From: Antedon mediterranea
Lineage: Eukaryota > Animalia > Echinodermata
NCBI RefSeq assembly: GCF_964355755.1
Contig: NC_092679.1
Span: 23,109,432 to 23,173,431 of the forward strand
DNA length: 64,000 nucleotides
Direction: 5' to 3'
Shown: one piece after another, positions 26,839 through 41,673 of the stretch
Layout: every line of letters starts with the position of its first letter
Position numbering within the stretch: the stretch's first letter is position 1
Program-made: the position numbers and the translations under genes
Notes under the pieces: generated by a model
What the model was told of the DNA's origin: nothing
Database searches by the model: none
The model's input: only the letters and a program-made list of their open reading frames with translations

Positions 26839-27017
26839 AGCTTGGTTCCCACTAGAACGTAACGCAAGGACGTAAACGCAACGCAAGCGTTTTAACCAAT
26901 GACAAGCGAAGTTATAGACGGTTAGCAATCACAAGCGAATAAGCCATCGCTTGTGATTGGTCAATTCACTTGCATTGCGTTACGTCCTTGTGTTGCGTCG
27001 CTAGTGGGAACCACGCT
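26839..27017. mobile_element. MITE family A (PIF/Harbinger-like), full-length-looking copy
   Basis: TIRs AGCTTGGTTCCCACTAG / CTAGTGGGAACCACGCT followed by TAA; subterminal AACGCAAGGACGTAA palindromic arms. Confidence 0.85.
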
Positions 27018-28379
27018 TAAGAAATGCACAGAGAACATCTCAACATAGAACCAACAGCTTTATATCTCATCTGAAAGATGATGTACTAGTAACTTTAATC
27101 ATAATGATGAGCTCTCTAATCTCAATGCCAGATTTGACATTTTCAAAATACTGCAACAGTACTATCATGGAGATATAGATTGATATAGATTTATATATCA
27201 TTTGTTTTAAATCTTTTTAATAGGATTCTTGTATAATATCTAAGTCAAGAATGTGGAAGGACGGAATTTCGATTAGGTTTGCTTCGTTAATGATGAGAAA
27301 TCTCAATTGAAGCTTATCAATCAACTTTTATTTTGGGATGTTGACCATACATAATAAATAAAGAGGTTTCTAATCATGCGTGACCACATAAGAGATATCA
27401 CTCAGGATCTTCTTTTTTTGTATTCATGTTAAAAGAAATACGTCCTACTTGGCAAGAAAACATAGGATGTATAATATGACAAGTCACTTGTAGCAAATGA
27501 ACAACAACAAACACATACAAAATACCAGGAAAACAAGAATGTAGGTACAAGGGTTGTTGATAACTTGATATCTTGAGTGGAGCAGAGTTTGGTTGGAGAT
27601 CGATTGAGGGGGCTAAAGTTTCCAGAAGTATGCAGCTTTTATACAGTGTACAATATAAGCAAGAACAAAAAAGGAATCTGAAACAAAATGTTGGTATGAA
27701 CTAACTCTGGTATATTTTTCTGTCTGTACGTCAAAACTACTGAACGATGGATCATGTAATCTAATCTAATACATGAAAAGCAACTTCTCTATTTCATAAT
27801 TCTATATCCAGAAATTATTTTACCCTTGAGAAATAAAAGAGTGTATAGCATACAGCCATAAACAGTAGTTACTGGACTTCTGCCATATTGCCAATAGACT
27901 ACTATTTGAACTACTGTATTTGCAAGATATAGCCGATTTTAATATTGGGGATCTTATTTGTAGGCTATAAAAATTCAAATAAAGATATAAATAATTATGA
28001 AATCAGTTATTAAAAATAAAATAAATATAAATTATTGAAAAAAATCATGTAAGGAAGTCTTGGCTTTATTTTATACAGTTTTTGAGTAGTAAATAATAAA
28101 TTACTTTAACGCCCGAAAAAAAAAAATTATTTTCCCATAATTATTACTTCCTGATGGTCAACATGTAGAAACATTTTGCCCTGCTCCTCTCTACCTATTC
28201 AGTTTACTACCATTGAATGAATGTTTAACAAGGAAGTTAGTAAATTCTTATTTTAAAAAATAAAGTTAAAAATGATTTATACTTATAAAGTCAAAAGATT
28301 GGCTATGATTTACTTTGTTTTGTAACCAGCCTCAGTCACAACAAATGACCCTGTCATTTTGGGGGTAAGGTGCTAACAA

Positions 28380-31080
28380 ATTGTCTTCAAATACTCACGA
28401 ACACAAACAATCAAAACTTGTGTAAAAACTGACCCATAGGGTCATTATGTGATCTTATTAAAGTGTTACTAATAAATAATGAAATATATTTAACATAGCT
28501 AAAAAATATTCATAATTTAGGATAGCTAGAAACCTAATACACTTGACTGCAAGAATTATAAAGTAAACAGAAGAGTTAACCTTAGAAAGGCGATTAATTG
28601 GGAGTACTAATATTGTTGACCCAAATAAAAAGTTTAAAAATATGAAAGTAGTATTTATATATTAATATTTAATAGTAGATTTTATTATTCCAAAGGTAAA
28701 TATTAAAATTAATGATTTATACTGCTTTTTCAATTTTAAATGGATTTTTAAATCAAATATGTGTATTAATTGTGTTTTTTATAAATTTTCTTTATTGATA
28801 TTAAAGAGAAATATGGAAATGATCATCAAAATTATTATAGTAAAGTTTTATTTTTCTGTTTGCCCATTTCTTTCTGACACAGTTTTGCCTTTTCCTGAAA
28901 ATGGTCAGTAATTGACTTGAAAGAGAAAGAGTTATAGCAAATAAATAAATCAAATATCCTTCTTTTTAAAAACTTAATCATCGGTAATAAACCTTGACTT
29001 TTAAAAGAAGTGTAACTTATTGAAACTCACATTTTCTAACCATGAATCATTCATCAAACATCTTTCAACCACTACTTTTCAGTTTGGTATGATTGATAGA
29101 ATTTACTGCTCAATTTGATCTAAACATGTAAATCTTTAACTTGGGGTTTGTAAATGCTTCAGGGTATGAATGCAGATACGTAGATAAGGGGTATCTGATC
29201 GGGCATCTGCGGCAAAACGAGAAAAGTCAAAATCAGAAGCAAGGTGCTACTAATAAAAGTTAGTTATAAAAGGTACAATGTGGATCAGAAGAAAGTTGAT
29301 TGGTTGAAGTTTAAACTTTACAGAAACTGGATCAAAAGTCAAGTTCTTTTCCTAAAATTAAAATGTACAGAGACTCATGGTTCAGAATTTAATTCTGTAA
29401 GTTATAAATGTACAAAAACTGGATTAATCTCTCCTTCTCAAAATTAAAATTTTCAGAAGTAAAATTCTCTAGTTAATGATAAACTGTGCAAAAACTGATT
29501 CAAAAGTAACTTCTCTAAGTTATAGACGGTACAAAAAAGCAAGGAACCAGGATCAAACAATAATAGATAGCTATGTTTTAGAAGATTCAATAATTCTCTC
29601 AATAATGGTAGGGATTGTGGAGTGTTTCCAATGAATTTACACAATGTGGGTATTAAAAAAAGTCTTAGTTCTCAAATTACGACGTGATTGCGAAATAAGG
29701 GGGAAGTATATCACAAATTATATAATAAATTAGCAGCAATTCTCAATAAAGTTTAAAATTACCTAATAATGATGACACCAGTCCTCTTGTAGTACAGCAT
29801 GCTGATAACACTTTCACTTTCATACATAGGCACGTCAAATCATGATGCGAAAACAACAATTTCAATAAATTTCCACTCAACAAATCACTAAATCTGTAAA
29901 AAATGTTAAAGATAAACTAAATATTTAAAAAATAATAATGCAATGTAGTTTTAGCACAACAGTAGAAATTGCCAGTGGTAACATTTCTTTAGGGTGTGAT
30001 GCATTTTGTGAATTAAATTCATTATTGTTATCGTTCATAAAAAATAAGTATTTATATTTTCTACTGTTGTTATGTTTACTCTTTAATAAACAAAAAAACA
30101 TAAACTTATTATCTGTAAATACCGTAATAATATTTCTAAAGTGGCATGATACCAAAGTTGGCGTAACATGTGAATGGCATTTTCAGAATTCAAACAAATT
30201 TATGATCACTGCTGCACAATACAGTATTTAGAATATTTTCCACGTTTATGATACCAAAAAAAATTGTGGATGAAATCAAATTTGCCCATGGAAAATCCCT
30301 GCAAACAAAGTAACAATTACTGGTTGCTCCATTGCCTTATAAGCATGGGAAATAAGCTGGAAATGACCAGCACTTAGCTTACGAAATGGGAAATAGGCAA
30401 TACAATTATCATTAGGGAATCCACTGTCTGTGTTTCTAAAATCTCGGGAAAGACTCCAATATCCTTGAGGTACAAAGGGATTTCTTTTTTTTTATATGAA
30501 TGAATGAAAAGATATGTAAATAAAATCGTTATGATTATGAATATATGATGCTTACTTTTTACCTTTTGTGTGTATTTTGTGTACAAAATTAGAATGCAGT
30601 GCTTGCCTAGTATTGGTACATTAAGGTTATGTACTTTACCTAAATCTGTATTTATGTTTTGGGTGAACACGTACAGTATATGCACTATGCAGTTGTTCTG
30701 GGCTTGTTGAATCAGTTTCACTGGGTCCTGGGGCAACATCTAATTTATGTAGGGCAACACAAACAAATAAACTTGTTAGTCCTGATTTGCAAGCAAGTTA
30801 AAAAAGAAAAGATTACAAAAATTGTTTTCATTATTGGAATACAACAGCACAGCGCAATCTCAATCTGATGTTTGATCATTTCTGCTGCTATATCTTTCGG
30901 CCACCAGAAATTGTGAAGAAATCCAAATATCGGAGAATGATTCTGCGAGGTTTACTGCATGTAAACCCTGCACTTTTATCTAAACCTCTATTAGATTTGT
31001 GTAAAAGAAGTTTGAGACTTCTTAGTGTGAAGCTGTCTACAATCTCAGACACTTGTTGATTGAAGACAATTTCTTTCATT
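28380..31080 (-). mobile_element. Highly degraded CR1/L2-group LINE (ORF1, endonuclease, start of RT)
   Basis: On the minus strand, in the expected order: KPRRIILRY (ORF1 PRxIIVRF-like, ORF 30888-31079), IEIVVF..W-like and RGTGV-like APE motifs near 29870-29770, and an RP..SVF.QVF-like RT entry near 28440; many stops and frameshifts. Confidence 0.5.
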
Positions 31081-31859
31081 TGTTATTAAGGCAATCAAAT
31101 TAAATGATTTATATAAAATTAGTGTTTATAAATCAATTAATTGATGAGCAAACAAAACAATCAATCAAAATTTCTATTTCAATTATTAACAAATCTCAAA
31201 TTATCTTATAAAATTAAATTTAATGGTGCATAGTCTTCAGGAAAGTGATAAAATTTAATTACTTTCTAAAATTTTAGAATCGTAAAGTGAAATTAAGAAA
31301 TCTAAGGTTAGTTCCTTCACATTTTTCTGTCAAAAGTCATAAATCTCGCCACAAACCAGATCATTTCCTGATGGGTAACAAACATAATATGTTTTAATAA
31401 AAATATAGCTGCGTAGGCCTCAATTTCATAATGCTATTTATGTATGCCTACAAGTTTCTGCTGCGTAACGATGATAGAAGGTTATATAGATGTTCTTGTT
31501 CACGATTGATAGAGATCGTAATATTTATTTGATTAAATAAGTTACGGAAATAAACTAACAGTATTAGTGTAATCAAATACAGCAATAGAATTCAACGGAT
31601 TGATGAGGTGAATTTATACCATGAAATTTAATTTGTGATCATACACTCAATCTGATTTTTCGACCCTACAAGTCAAGTTGAATATCATAATTAATGCATG
31701 ACTTAACATGACAGGCAGTCACGTGTAAAGATTTGAACAAACCTAAACTAGACAAGTAACGTCTATAGTATTGTAATGTACATTAAGAAACGTCTAGTTT
31801 TAGTCATGGAGTAATGGTTTAATTACAGGTACAGTGGCACTTTAATGGGGTTGTTTGTA

Positions 31860-31905
31860 TGTTTGCCTCTTTATCCCAGGGTCTTGGGTTCAAATCCTGC
31901 CTAAA
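31860..31905 (+). mobile_element. tRNA-SINE head fragment
   Basis: GTTTGCCTC...GGGTCTTGGGTTCAAATCCTGCC B-box context, similar in layout to the 6432-6552 head. Confidence 0.4.
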
Positions 31906-32490
31906 TCATAATAAGAACCATGAGAAATGCAGTGTGGGTGCAACCAGAGGGTAAGTTAGATTTTGGCATTAAAAAATATCTAACAAGTTTGTTTGACTCA
32001 TGCATAGAATGTTAATATTTCTTCCTAACATTGTGGGGCAGAGGTGGAACACCAAAACTTTCTCTTTTTAACAGACCCTCCAACAATTATTTATGAGTGG
32101 CACATTTAGTTTTTTAATCACGTTTTTGTCTATGATATTTCTGATAATACTTTAAAACAACTATGTACATTCTAGTTACTATTACCAGAAGTAAATCATT
32201 TTATCTTCGGTAATCTAAATATATTCTAACATAAACACGTCTTCTTGTGGATTTGCACGGTTGTATATCGCACATATCATTACATATGTCGGCATTGATA
32301 ATAGAATAATGTCGGCTGCAACTTTTTAACCTCCGTTCGACTCATTAGCAAAGAAAACACTTACTTATGAAATTATTACATATGGGTGGGTGATTAGTGA
32401 CCCGTGCAATATTCACATTATGTCTCACAGTCAGACACCAGCAATGCCTAAATACTTCTAAAATAATAAATTGCAGAGCTACTCTTGTAC

Positions 32491-32619
32491 ATTTTTAGGC
32501 CTACTGTGTGGCTACATTTTTAGGCCTACTGTGTGGCTACATTGTTAGGCCTACTGTGTGGGTACATTTTTAGGCTTACTGTGTGGCTACATTTTTAGGC
32601 TTACTGTGTGGCTACATTT
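32491..32619. repeat. 25-bp minisatellite, 5 copies
   Basis: ATTTTTAGGCCTACTGTGTGGCTAC x5 with single substitutions. Confidence 0.95.
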
Positions 32620-35600
32620 TTTTTTCTTCCATTCACTTTTGTGGAGTAACATCCAAAAATGATATTGGTGCACAACACACTACATTCAGTTTGTTAAGGT
32701 GTTGGAGTTTTGTTTAGTGGGATGATAAATTAAAGTTATGTTGAATGGGAAGGATATTTTCATTTGTTGAGGTAAAGTTAAAGCTTCTGCCTTATAAAAA
32801 CAGATTTTCCAATTCAACTCATAAACATTCAAGTTGCCCTTTAAGTAACATTCACTTCAAAATCCCCATATGGTAAATACATTAAAAATTAAATTTGCAA
32901 TGCTCCGTATGCAACCTTCCTTTTCACGCAAATTCAACCTTTTTTTGACCTACATAACACATACCTATGTCATAACCATGTATATGACATAATAATGTTC
33001 ATTACTCATTTCAACTATACCATTAACATACATATATCATATTACACAAAGCATAAAAACAAAATGTGCATTGAACTCTGCCCCGTACTTAAACCCTTGA
33101 AGATCATGCACGCTTTAAACTTGTACTGATGATGCAACACAAACACAGCATAAAGTAATATGATGGTAGATGTCTGTTAGACATTCAACTGTGTACATTG
33201 CTCATTTAAAACTTATTTTCAGTAATTGTCATTATAACTTAAAATTGAATAGCATCCCTTTAAACTTAAATGTTTTGTTTCTGTTATTTGTCAAACATTA
33301 ACAAATTGTACATACATTGCCCCTTTAAACTTGATATGATTGTACATTCAATGTACCACTTACATCTCGCTATGGCTTTAGATAATGTTGACAAAATGTT
33401 GCCCTTTTAAAAAAAAACATTGCATAGAGGTCCCCTTTAAAAAATAAGAGTAAGTTTACGAAACTTGAGGAGACAACATTAATCATTCCTAAACAAGATT
33501 TTAATGGTTTTCCACCTGAATTTAGTTCAGGTCAGAGTTCACTTTCGAGAGTGATCTTTTTATTTTATACAATTTGCATTAGTTATGATTTGTTGTTTCT
33601 TTCTTTTTTTTCCCACTTAACAAAAGGTATTTGAACTACTAATTTTCTCCGAATTTGCCTAGTGGAAAACATGCTTTTATATCAATCATGCTATAAATGC
33701 ACAGATATTTAATGTATATTGCTCATTTAAACACAAAAATGTACATGAATGCTCCTTTAAACATAACATCTTGATTCTATTATAATGCTGTACACATTCA
33801 AATGTACAACGCTCCTTTAAAATTGACCTCTCGTTGACCTAAATACGACATTTCTGTCATACTGTTGTTGATCAAAAATTATTCACATAATCATTCTTTG
33901 ATTTACAAAATAAATTGAGTTAGTCAATTACCTGAACAGGTGTGAGGTGGAGGGTTAACAAACGCCACGATAAATATATTAAATTATATCTGCGAATATA
34001 CTAGTCAGGTCTATATGAATTACTGCATGTGTTTTAATAGAGATTAACATTTAATTGTAAAGTACATTTCTAAATTGTACTCTCAACATGATGTTTTCAG
34101 GTCACATTTAACATTTAAAGAATGTCTTATTACATTATGTTTTAAATTATAATATACAAACACACAACATGTATCTCAACTCAACACAATATTAAATTCA
34201 ATTTAATTTTTTATTCAGAAATCTCTGATCCATAGAACATAAACAATACTTACAAATTAAAACAGTCATTTTAATTTCATATAATAGTTATTCCAAAAAT
34301 TATATGATGAAAACGATAATTTAACGAAACCAGAAGTACATGGTCTGGTTGATATCTCTTTGTATAAGCAAAATATATCGTGACAACATTTTGTTGAGTT
34401 GATTTAGCAATATCGTATTAAGAAACTGAATTTAATTTTTCTGAAAAACAAAACCTAAATTAAGGCACTTGTTTTTGTTCCTGCTTATGTTTTGTGTTCA
34501 ATTTTTTATTAACACATCAAAACAAACAAAAAACTATAAAGTTGATAGAACAATATTAAAGATGTAAAACTATATGTGTTCATAATATTGTATCGTATTT
34601 TGCCGAAAGAAACAAAATCTTGTATGAACAAAGTAGCTAACTTGAATATTATAATTTAAAAAATGTACTAAAAGTTTTATCGCCAGAAATCAATTGTTTT
34701 TACCACCCTTTTAGGGTCAACAGATCCATTAAACTCCCTTAGGGGTGTTGACAAGATAACTTTTTAAAATCGGATGTAAAAACATTAAGGTTACAGTATA
34801 GGATGTTCAACCAGGTGCCTGTTAAACAGAGGATGACCTGTTAACAGTGGTGCACACGTCCTTATCACGTTAGGGGGTCTGAAACGTGATTCGGTAAAAT
34901 TAAATTGCTTTTTTTACTTGAGGGTTGGTCAAACGATGTTAGTGTAATGTTATAATAGTGGAGGATGGTTACACATGATATTCTAGATATTTACTGAAAG
35001 GAATGTTGGGGTATGACCCATCATTAATACAGAATAAAGATATACACCTAGGAGTAACATTTTATCACAAGTTTATCTATTAAAAATGAACGCACACACC
35101 GCTGTGCACGAAGCAAACAGAATGTTTAAAAAAACGTGCGAGAATACACTTCCAAACATAAAGACACATCATACAGGATTATGTCATACTATAGACCTAC
35201 ACACACAAATTTCAAATGTCTTAAAATATTATATTTCAAAGCGATATGAGAAAAGAAAGCAGACAGTTAAAAAAGAAGATAATTACAGTAATAATTAATG
35301 AAATTGAGGACTTAACTGTACAATAAATCTCTCCATTTTATACTGCACTTTTAACAAAAAAATGATATCAATCACTTGAGGTAGAACATGACGCAAAAGA
35401 CAGATGACATTGTTATCAAAATAGTTGCGGTCCCCCCAGCATTTAGAGTTAGTCTAAAATGATACAGTTCATCACAGGCCGATAAACTACAGTAATGAGG
35501 CATAAACATTGGCTGCATACTACACAGTTCATCCGCATTTAGACATCATCAAAACAGATTTCCTAACATCATAAAAGCAACTTATATGAGCCGCTGACAG

Positions 35601-37392
35601 ACTTGTACCAATGATACTGACCAAGATATGTCCGCAATATATTTATTTGGTATTCGGAGAGAGTTTATTCAACTGATGAGAGTTTCTGTAGAATTGTGTG
35701 GTTATTTATGGCAAAGTTTTGGCAATCACAAGATAAGTTTATAGTTAAGCGAGGTTGTCAAAAAGATGTTGCAATATCTAGGAATATATTATAATACCTA
35801 ACCGGAAAATGTTTACTCTCTCTTTCATCCTAAACCATGAGATCGATTTAATAATGCCGTTCGGGGTAGAGCACCTTTTAATTCTCCAATATCCATTAAC
35901 CTTATGTACTGTTAGAACGGCAAATATTTGCGGAAAAATCTGTTTTCTTTATTTGCAACAGCCAAATGATGTTATATATATTATTTAATATTACTAACAT
36001 TACAATATTACTTAATAATACAAATATAAATATTATGAAAACTAATTCGACTTTACTCATCTTTACTCATCTTTTTCTATTTATTGTACAAAAGTAAATT
36101 GAAACGTTATAGAAACCGAGACATACAGCTGAGAAAAAGAATACTTTTATCTACATCCACCTAACATTTCTTTTTCCAAACAACAAATTATTATATCAAC
36201 TTGAAATAAATCAAAAACCGCTCAAATATCATCGAATTATGACCAGAAGGATATTAAAACTGTAAACACCAATTCATAACTGTGAAATAAAGTTATTCAC
36301 GGTGAGGACACACTTAGAGAGATCTAGTTGGTCAGCGCTAACACAACGGATTGCAATAAAACTGAATTATATTTATATCTGTTCCTGCTGTGCTAGGGTT
36401 AAATCTAAAGATGGTTGGAAATTATTTTATAATGATTTTAAATTAGATATAAAAATGTCTAAGTTGAACACCTGAGCCTGTCAGTTGACATTTTTGTAAT
36501 AGGAAACATGCAAGAACCACAGTGACACAGTATTATCGGTATGGTAGGCCTATATGGTTTTTGAACCAAAAAAAAATGTTATATAATCATTGTCACACTA
36601 AACAAAGTTATTATTATTTTTTTTTTAAAAACAAACTAAATAAAAAAAAAAAATGTAATTTAAAGCAAAAAATCATTTTTTGGTTAAAATTAACTGGTTC
36701 TTTTGTCTTTTTATAAGTGAAATAATAATGTTTGGTTTTTTTTCTACAGACGTGAATAACATTATTAAAACTGTAAAATAGTTAATTAAAAGTCCGATTT
36801 TATTAATGTTTCATGTTTTGGAGGACAATACATCTTTAAATATTAAACACAAACAATAAAAGAATATATATATCAAATATAAATTTTGTTTGTTTTGTTT
36901 TATGTTTAATTTCAATATGAGATTTATAATGATTCTAATCTATGATATGCATTAAAATAGAAACAGATGAAGAATCAGTAACTGTGGCATCACAGGTTTG
37001 GATTTAACTACCAAATTGGAAATGACAGACAAAAAGAGATCGTTATCATCTTTTATTCGCTAACCTTTCCCAAAGTACACAACATTTCAGAGTTTTGTAA
37101 CTGAAGAACAAAATTATGGAAAATGGAAAGAGCTGGTGGGCTTCAAAGAAATACTTGGGCTTGAGATGTCTGGAGGAAAATGTAAGGATTGTGCTGATTG
37201 ACTGACATCTTGATCACCTCTGCCACCAGGAAAAAAAAAATTCCCTCACAACAACTATATACACTGGCCATTTGAATGGCAAAAAGTTTAGATTGACTCT
37301 GAAAATGACATTGTAGACATGAGGTTTTGAGGTTTACCGCAAGATAAATACCTTATCACTCAATGATTCCAAACTCAAGCTGAATGCATGAA

Positions 37393-37645
37393 AGGACAAG
37401 ATTGTGAGTGGCCAAGCGGTTTACAGTGGAACCGCAATACCTTGCCATATTAACATCGCCAAGGGTTTGAGCCTCACTCACTCCATAGTTCTGGTGGTAG
37501 AACGAGTTTTCTCGGATAAGGACTATAAACCATAGGTCCAGTGTACACATCTGGCTCATGTGCACTTTAAAGAACCTAAGTACATCTTTCGAGACAAGTA
37601 GGGGGTTGCCCCGGTGTACTAGTATACACACATCCACTGTTACTC
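37393..37645 (+). mobile_element. tRNA-derived Deu-domain SINE
   Basis: A-box-like GTGGCCAAGCGG and B-box-like GGTTTGAGCC, then CGGATAAGGACTATAAACCATAGGTCC...GCACTTTAAAGAACC...TTCGAGACAAGTAGGGGGTTGCCCCGGTGT, resembling the recalled Deu-domain consensus; second copy at 16880-17055. Confidence 0.75.
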
Positions 37646-40600
37646 ATCAAGACAGTTTGATTGTCAGCATACGCTGTTTAGGGTCACCCTCTACAAATAA
37701 GGTGTAATAAATAAATTGTTCTCTGAATAGGGGTGTCTCAAAAAAGGTGTTCTACTGTACAGAGATATGTAGTGAATATCTTTAATAACAAAGACTCTCA
37801 TCTGTTCGGGATCTCGTACACCACCTGCGCTTGTTATTCGCACCCCTCTTGTGACTTATGGCATGTACTTAGCACCCACTTCAGTTTAATTTCTCGTTTA
37901 TATATTGTATAATTGCAAATCACATTTGATAACAGATGTGGAAAGAATCCGATCATATTTGTCAATTAAAATGAGACGTATAGTTGTGTCCAGTTACATA
38001 AAAACGACATGTAATCTCTGCTAAGCAAGTTTGCACGAACAATCTCACCAGGTCATAACAAGACCAAAATGCCAATCATTTTATGGGTTTACCATCATAG
38101 TGTATCGTACTATTACATATTTGATTTTCGTATTCTTTATTCTAAATGTTATCATTGCAAATTGACGGCAGTTGACTCCAAAAATAGAAAACCTTTATTC
38201 AAAGATTCACCATTAAAGCATGAAAAAAAAATGCACTTTTTCTGAACTGCACAGAAGCAAATTCTTGATTTATAATAGGTAATAAGTCCTGGATATTCAA
38301 TACATCAAAACACATTCCAGGCATGATGTAAAGTTATGAATCTAAAGACCTATCCATCAGAGCAAACCAAAGACAAAGTTTAACATCTAGAATCATGGTA
38401 AAGAAAAATCCAATACATTTTTTTGGCAAGGTGGCACACAGGGAAAATAATTTAGTTTGGAAAGTGGGAGTTCCCCTGGCAGATAAGAGCAACACAAATC
38501 TATTTTAGGCCTACTGTACAACATCCTATAAAATATGTATCTATATGTTTGAGATATGTCAACAATAAAACATGGTCACTCGTAAAAAATTACTATGTAA
38601 TGTTTACAATTATCCAAGAAAATTATCCAAGAAATTTAGCCTAATTGGAATGACCGATATTATGAAAAAATGCAAAAAGTATGCAGAATTCAGCATAGTT
38701 ATACAAAAAAACAGCTAAAACTTGATAACTATGGTCAAACCAATTACCCACTTAACAAAATGCCCTGGGTTTCTGCAACCATGTAAAGTGCAGAATACTT
38801 TGGTTTTCTAACAACTTTCACTTGATTGCAGGTGGACACTGTGCACCTGCAGTTGAGGAGTCAACCAACATTTTCTATTTAATTCAATTGTTTTTCACAA
38901 CTATTGTATGTTGAGAACACTGTATTGAGCATCCATAGATATGAAAAGAATTTAGAATCTTGAGGGAGTGAGAGTAGTCAAGAACAGAGAATAAAAGAAA
39001 TGATTAGAGAATTTCAGATAATTTGATAAGCTAAATGTCTAGAAATAGAATATGCTATAAGAGGAATGACCCATAATTCAAATTAAAATGTTTTCATCTT
39101 ACTATAAATTAATTTTTCTTCGACCTGTCCATCTCATTACAAGGTCATCAAAATAGTTATTAATAGATCTTGGCGTGGTCTAGGAGTAAATATGAATCTC
39201 GACAGAATGTCTACACACTTTCCTGACAAAATAAATGAGTAGATTTTTAATCACATCTCAAAAAGTGCCATGTTGCTATTTTTCCTAATTATTTGATTGA
39301 TGCTGTTATTTCCATCTTCTTTAAGAATTACTGCAACTTTTAATATTAAAAACAAATTTTGGAATAATAGTAAACAGTAGCTCAAAGAAGTTGCAAGTTA
39401 AGAAGTTACAAATTGCAACTAATGAGAGCAGGTATATTATTGCTACTTGATGAAGCGAGTGGATGTCCAGATGACATCTGATGACTTGCCTTTTATTATT
39501 CTCTTTACACACTTCATTGATAGTCAGATCAGCGCCATATTTTTTTTTTTTTTAATTTACAGTGGTGTTTGCAAAAAGAGGGAACAATCTACCTGTGTGG
39601 GGTTCATGGTTGTCAAATGCCTCTGTCAAAGCGTGGTCAGGTTGAAACTTTAGTACCAACCTCACTGATGGTTACAGCCATTGGTTTACTCTATTCAGAC
39701 GTAATTGTACTGAATGTTCAGTTCACTGAGATTTAGACCAAACATTTCATACACTATGTTATATTGTTGTAATACCAAAACACAACTATCCTAGATCTGG
39801 ACAAAAATTAACTAAGGAACAAATTCACAGCAACTAAAGAGTCAATTATTATACTGTATTCCCAATTAAAAATTCTATGAATTAAACATACTGACTGAAA
39901 CGTTCAATCTTAAATGGAAAACTGACTACAGAAATCTCTGGAAAAAATGAAATCAAATTTGTACCATAAAGTCATAAACAAATTCCAATTACTATAAACA
40001 CTAATTACTTACAAATTACTGTTAAAGCCAAATTAAATTTTAACCAAATTAGAGTAAGTCTGCTTATAATCCTAGCCCTATAAAATACAGGAAATTAAGG
40101 TTGATTGAAAGCTATTCAATGTCAGGATTTTCTACTCAAAGTCACTTAAAAATTATTAATTTGTCCCTCAAAGATATTGACCATAACTGACTATTTTCTA
40201 CAGTCATTTATTATCTGCTAATGTACAGAGTTTATTAAGATCATCTTGATACAAAACTTGATTTTTCACAGAACTGTTTCTGATGCGAGATAATACTGAT
40301 TATAGTGTGTGATTAAAGAGTTCCAAATATTTGTAACTAGTTTAACCAGGGAAGAGTTAAATTACCTCTTCCCTGGTTTAACCAGTTTAAAAACATCCAT
40401 TTGCATGTAGGAATTTAACCAGAACCAACTAAGTAGAGAACACAACATTTAGCAGACAATTAATTCTGTTAAAATAATATCTATTATTAACAAATTGAAT
40501 ATAACAATTTTCGTTTCGGTTAAAAATGTGAAAAATCAAAATAACCTGCTAACGGACAGGTATCGCAAACAAATTGATATTTTTGTTTGGCTTTGGTGAT

Positions 40601-41673
40601 TTGCATTGCGAAGGGAGAAAATGGAAAAACCAACAATTTTCTGCAAAAATACTGGTCTGCAAAAAATTTTATTTAATAAGTTTTTGAATACAAAGCATTG
40701 ATAGCGTATGTACTACCATGCATTTAATAGTCCAGGGTATTTTTTAGTAGCCAAATTATAAACACGTCATCAAGACAAATTTCGTTCTCTTCAAGTTACG
40801 ACTAAAAAAACTTATCAAAACACTATTTTCGTACCAACTGTACCAGGTATAAATTAAAAGAGTCCAAGCTTAAAGTTAATTTACATTTAATTACTAAATT
40901 AGTTTGATGGTGTTGCAGAAAAAAACCCTTCCTTCTGCACATCCTCTTAGCCCTGACCTAGTGACTCCATCCTAAAAAACATCCAGTAAAAGATGACATT
41001 GAATGCACTGAAATCTGTCACCACCCATGTAAATCCTAAGCCTAAAGAGTTATGTTATGTAAATTTGTGTCTTAGCGACTCTTTGAGGGTATAAAAGTAC
41101 CCATCAATGATCCTAATAAAGACATCAAAATAGATAGCTTAAAAGGATTTATCTTGAGAGATTAAAACAATGTTTATTTAATTAAATGTAAACAGTAGAG
41201 TCTAAGGCAAATATTTATACTTTTATGATTTTAAGGGTTTCACAATTTGATGGAAAACATCCATAGACCTGCTATACCACTCATTAAGAAAATGTTTTTT
41301 ATTTTTTTAGAAAAAAATTAATTATTTTAAATTTATATTAGGCCCTAAATTTATTTAATACTTTTTTAAACATTTTTTTTTCTAATGGCAATATGAAACG
41401 AAAATAAAAAATATTCAATGTTCAATTAAATAGACCATTCCCTGGGTACATATGATATTACAATATTTTTTGTTGAATTAAGTACTATATGGAGTGCACC
41501 GTCTTAATTTTAAAGAGCTTTGCCAGCACTGACCGTTGTTTGAGGGCAGCAGATGTAAAACAATGAACTGTAGGCATACAAAATTATAAATAACTTTAAA
41601 ATTGACCTGGTTTAAAAAAATGGAAGAAATAAAAAAAACCAATGACTTATCTGAGGATATCCTTAAACGTCCT

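Noticed and set aside
35672-35700. Other CTGATGA/CTGAAGA occurrences (also near 14302, 33126, 39478, 42852)
   Set aside because: No stem II followed by GAAA, so they are not hammerheads
37356-37637. 93-aa ORF (and the similar ORF 16789-17034)
   Set aside because: Both lie within Deu-SINE copies
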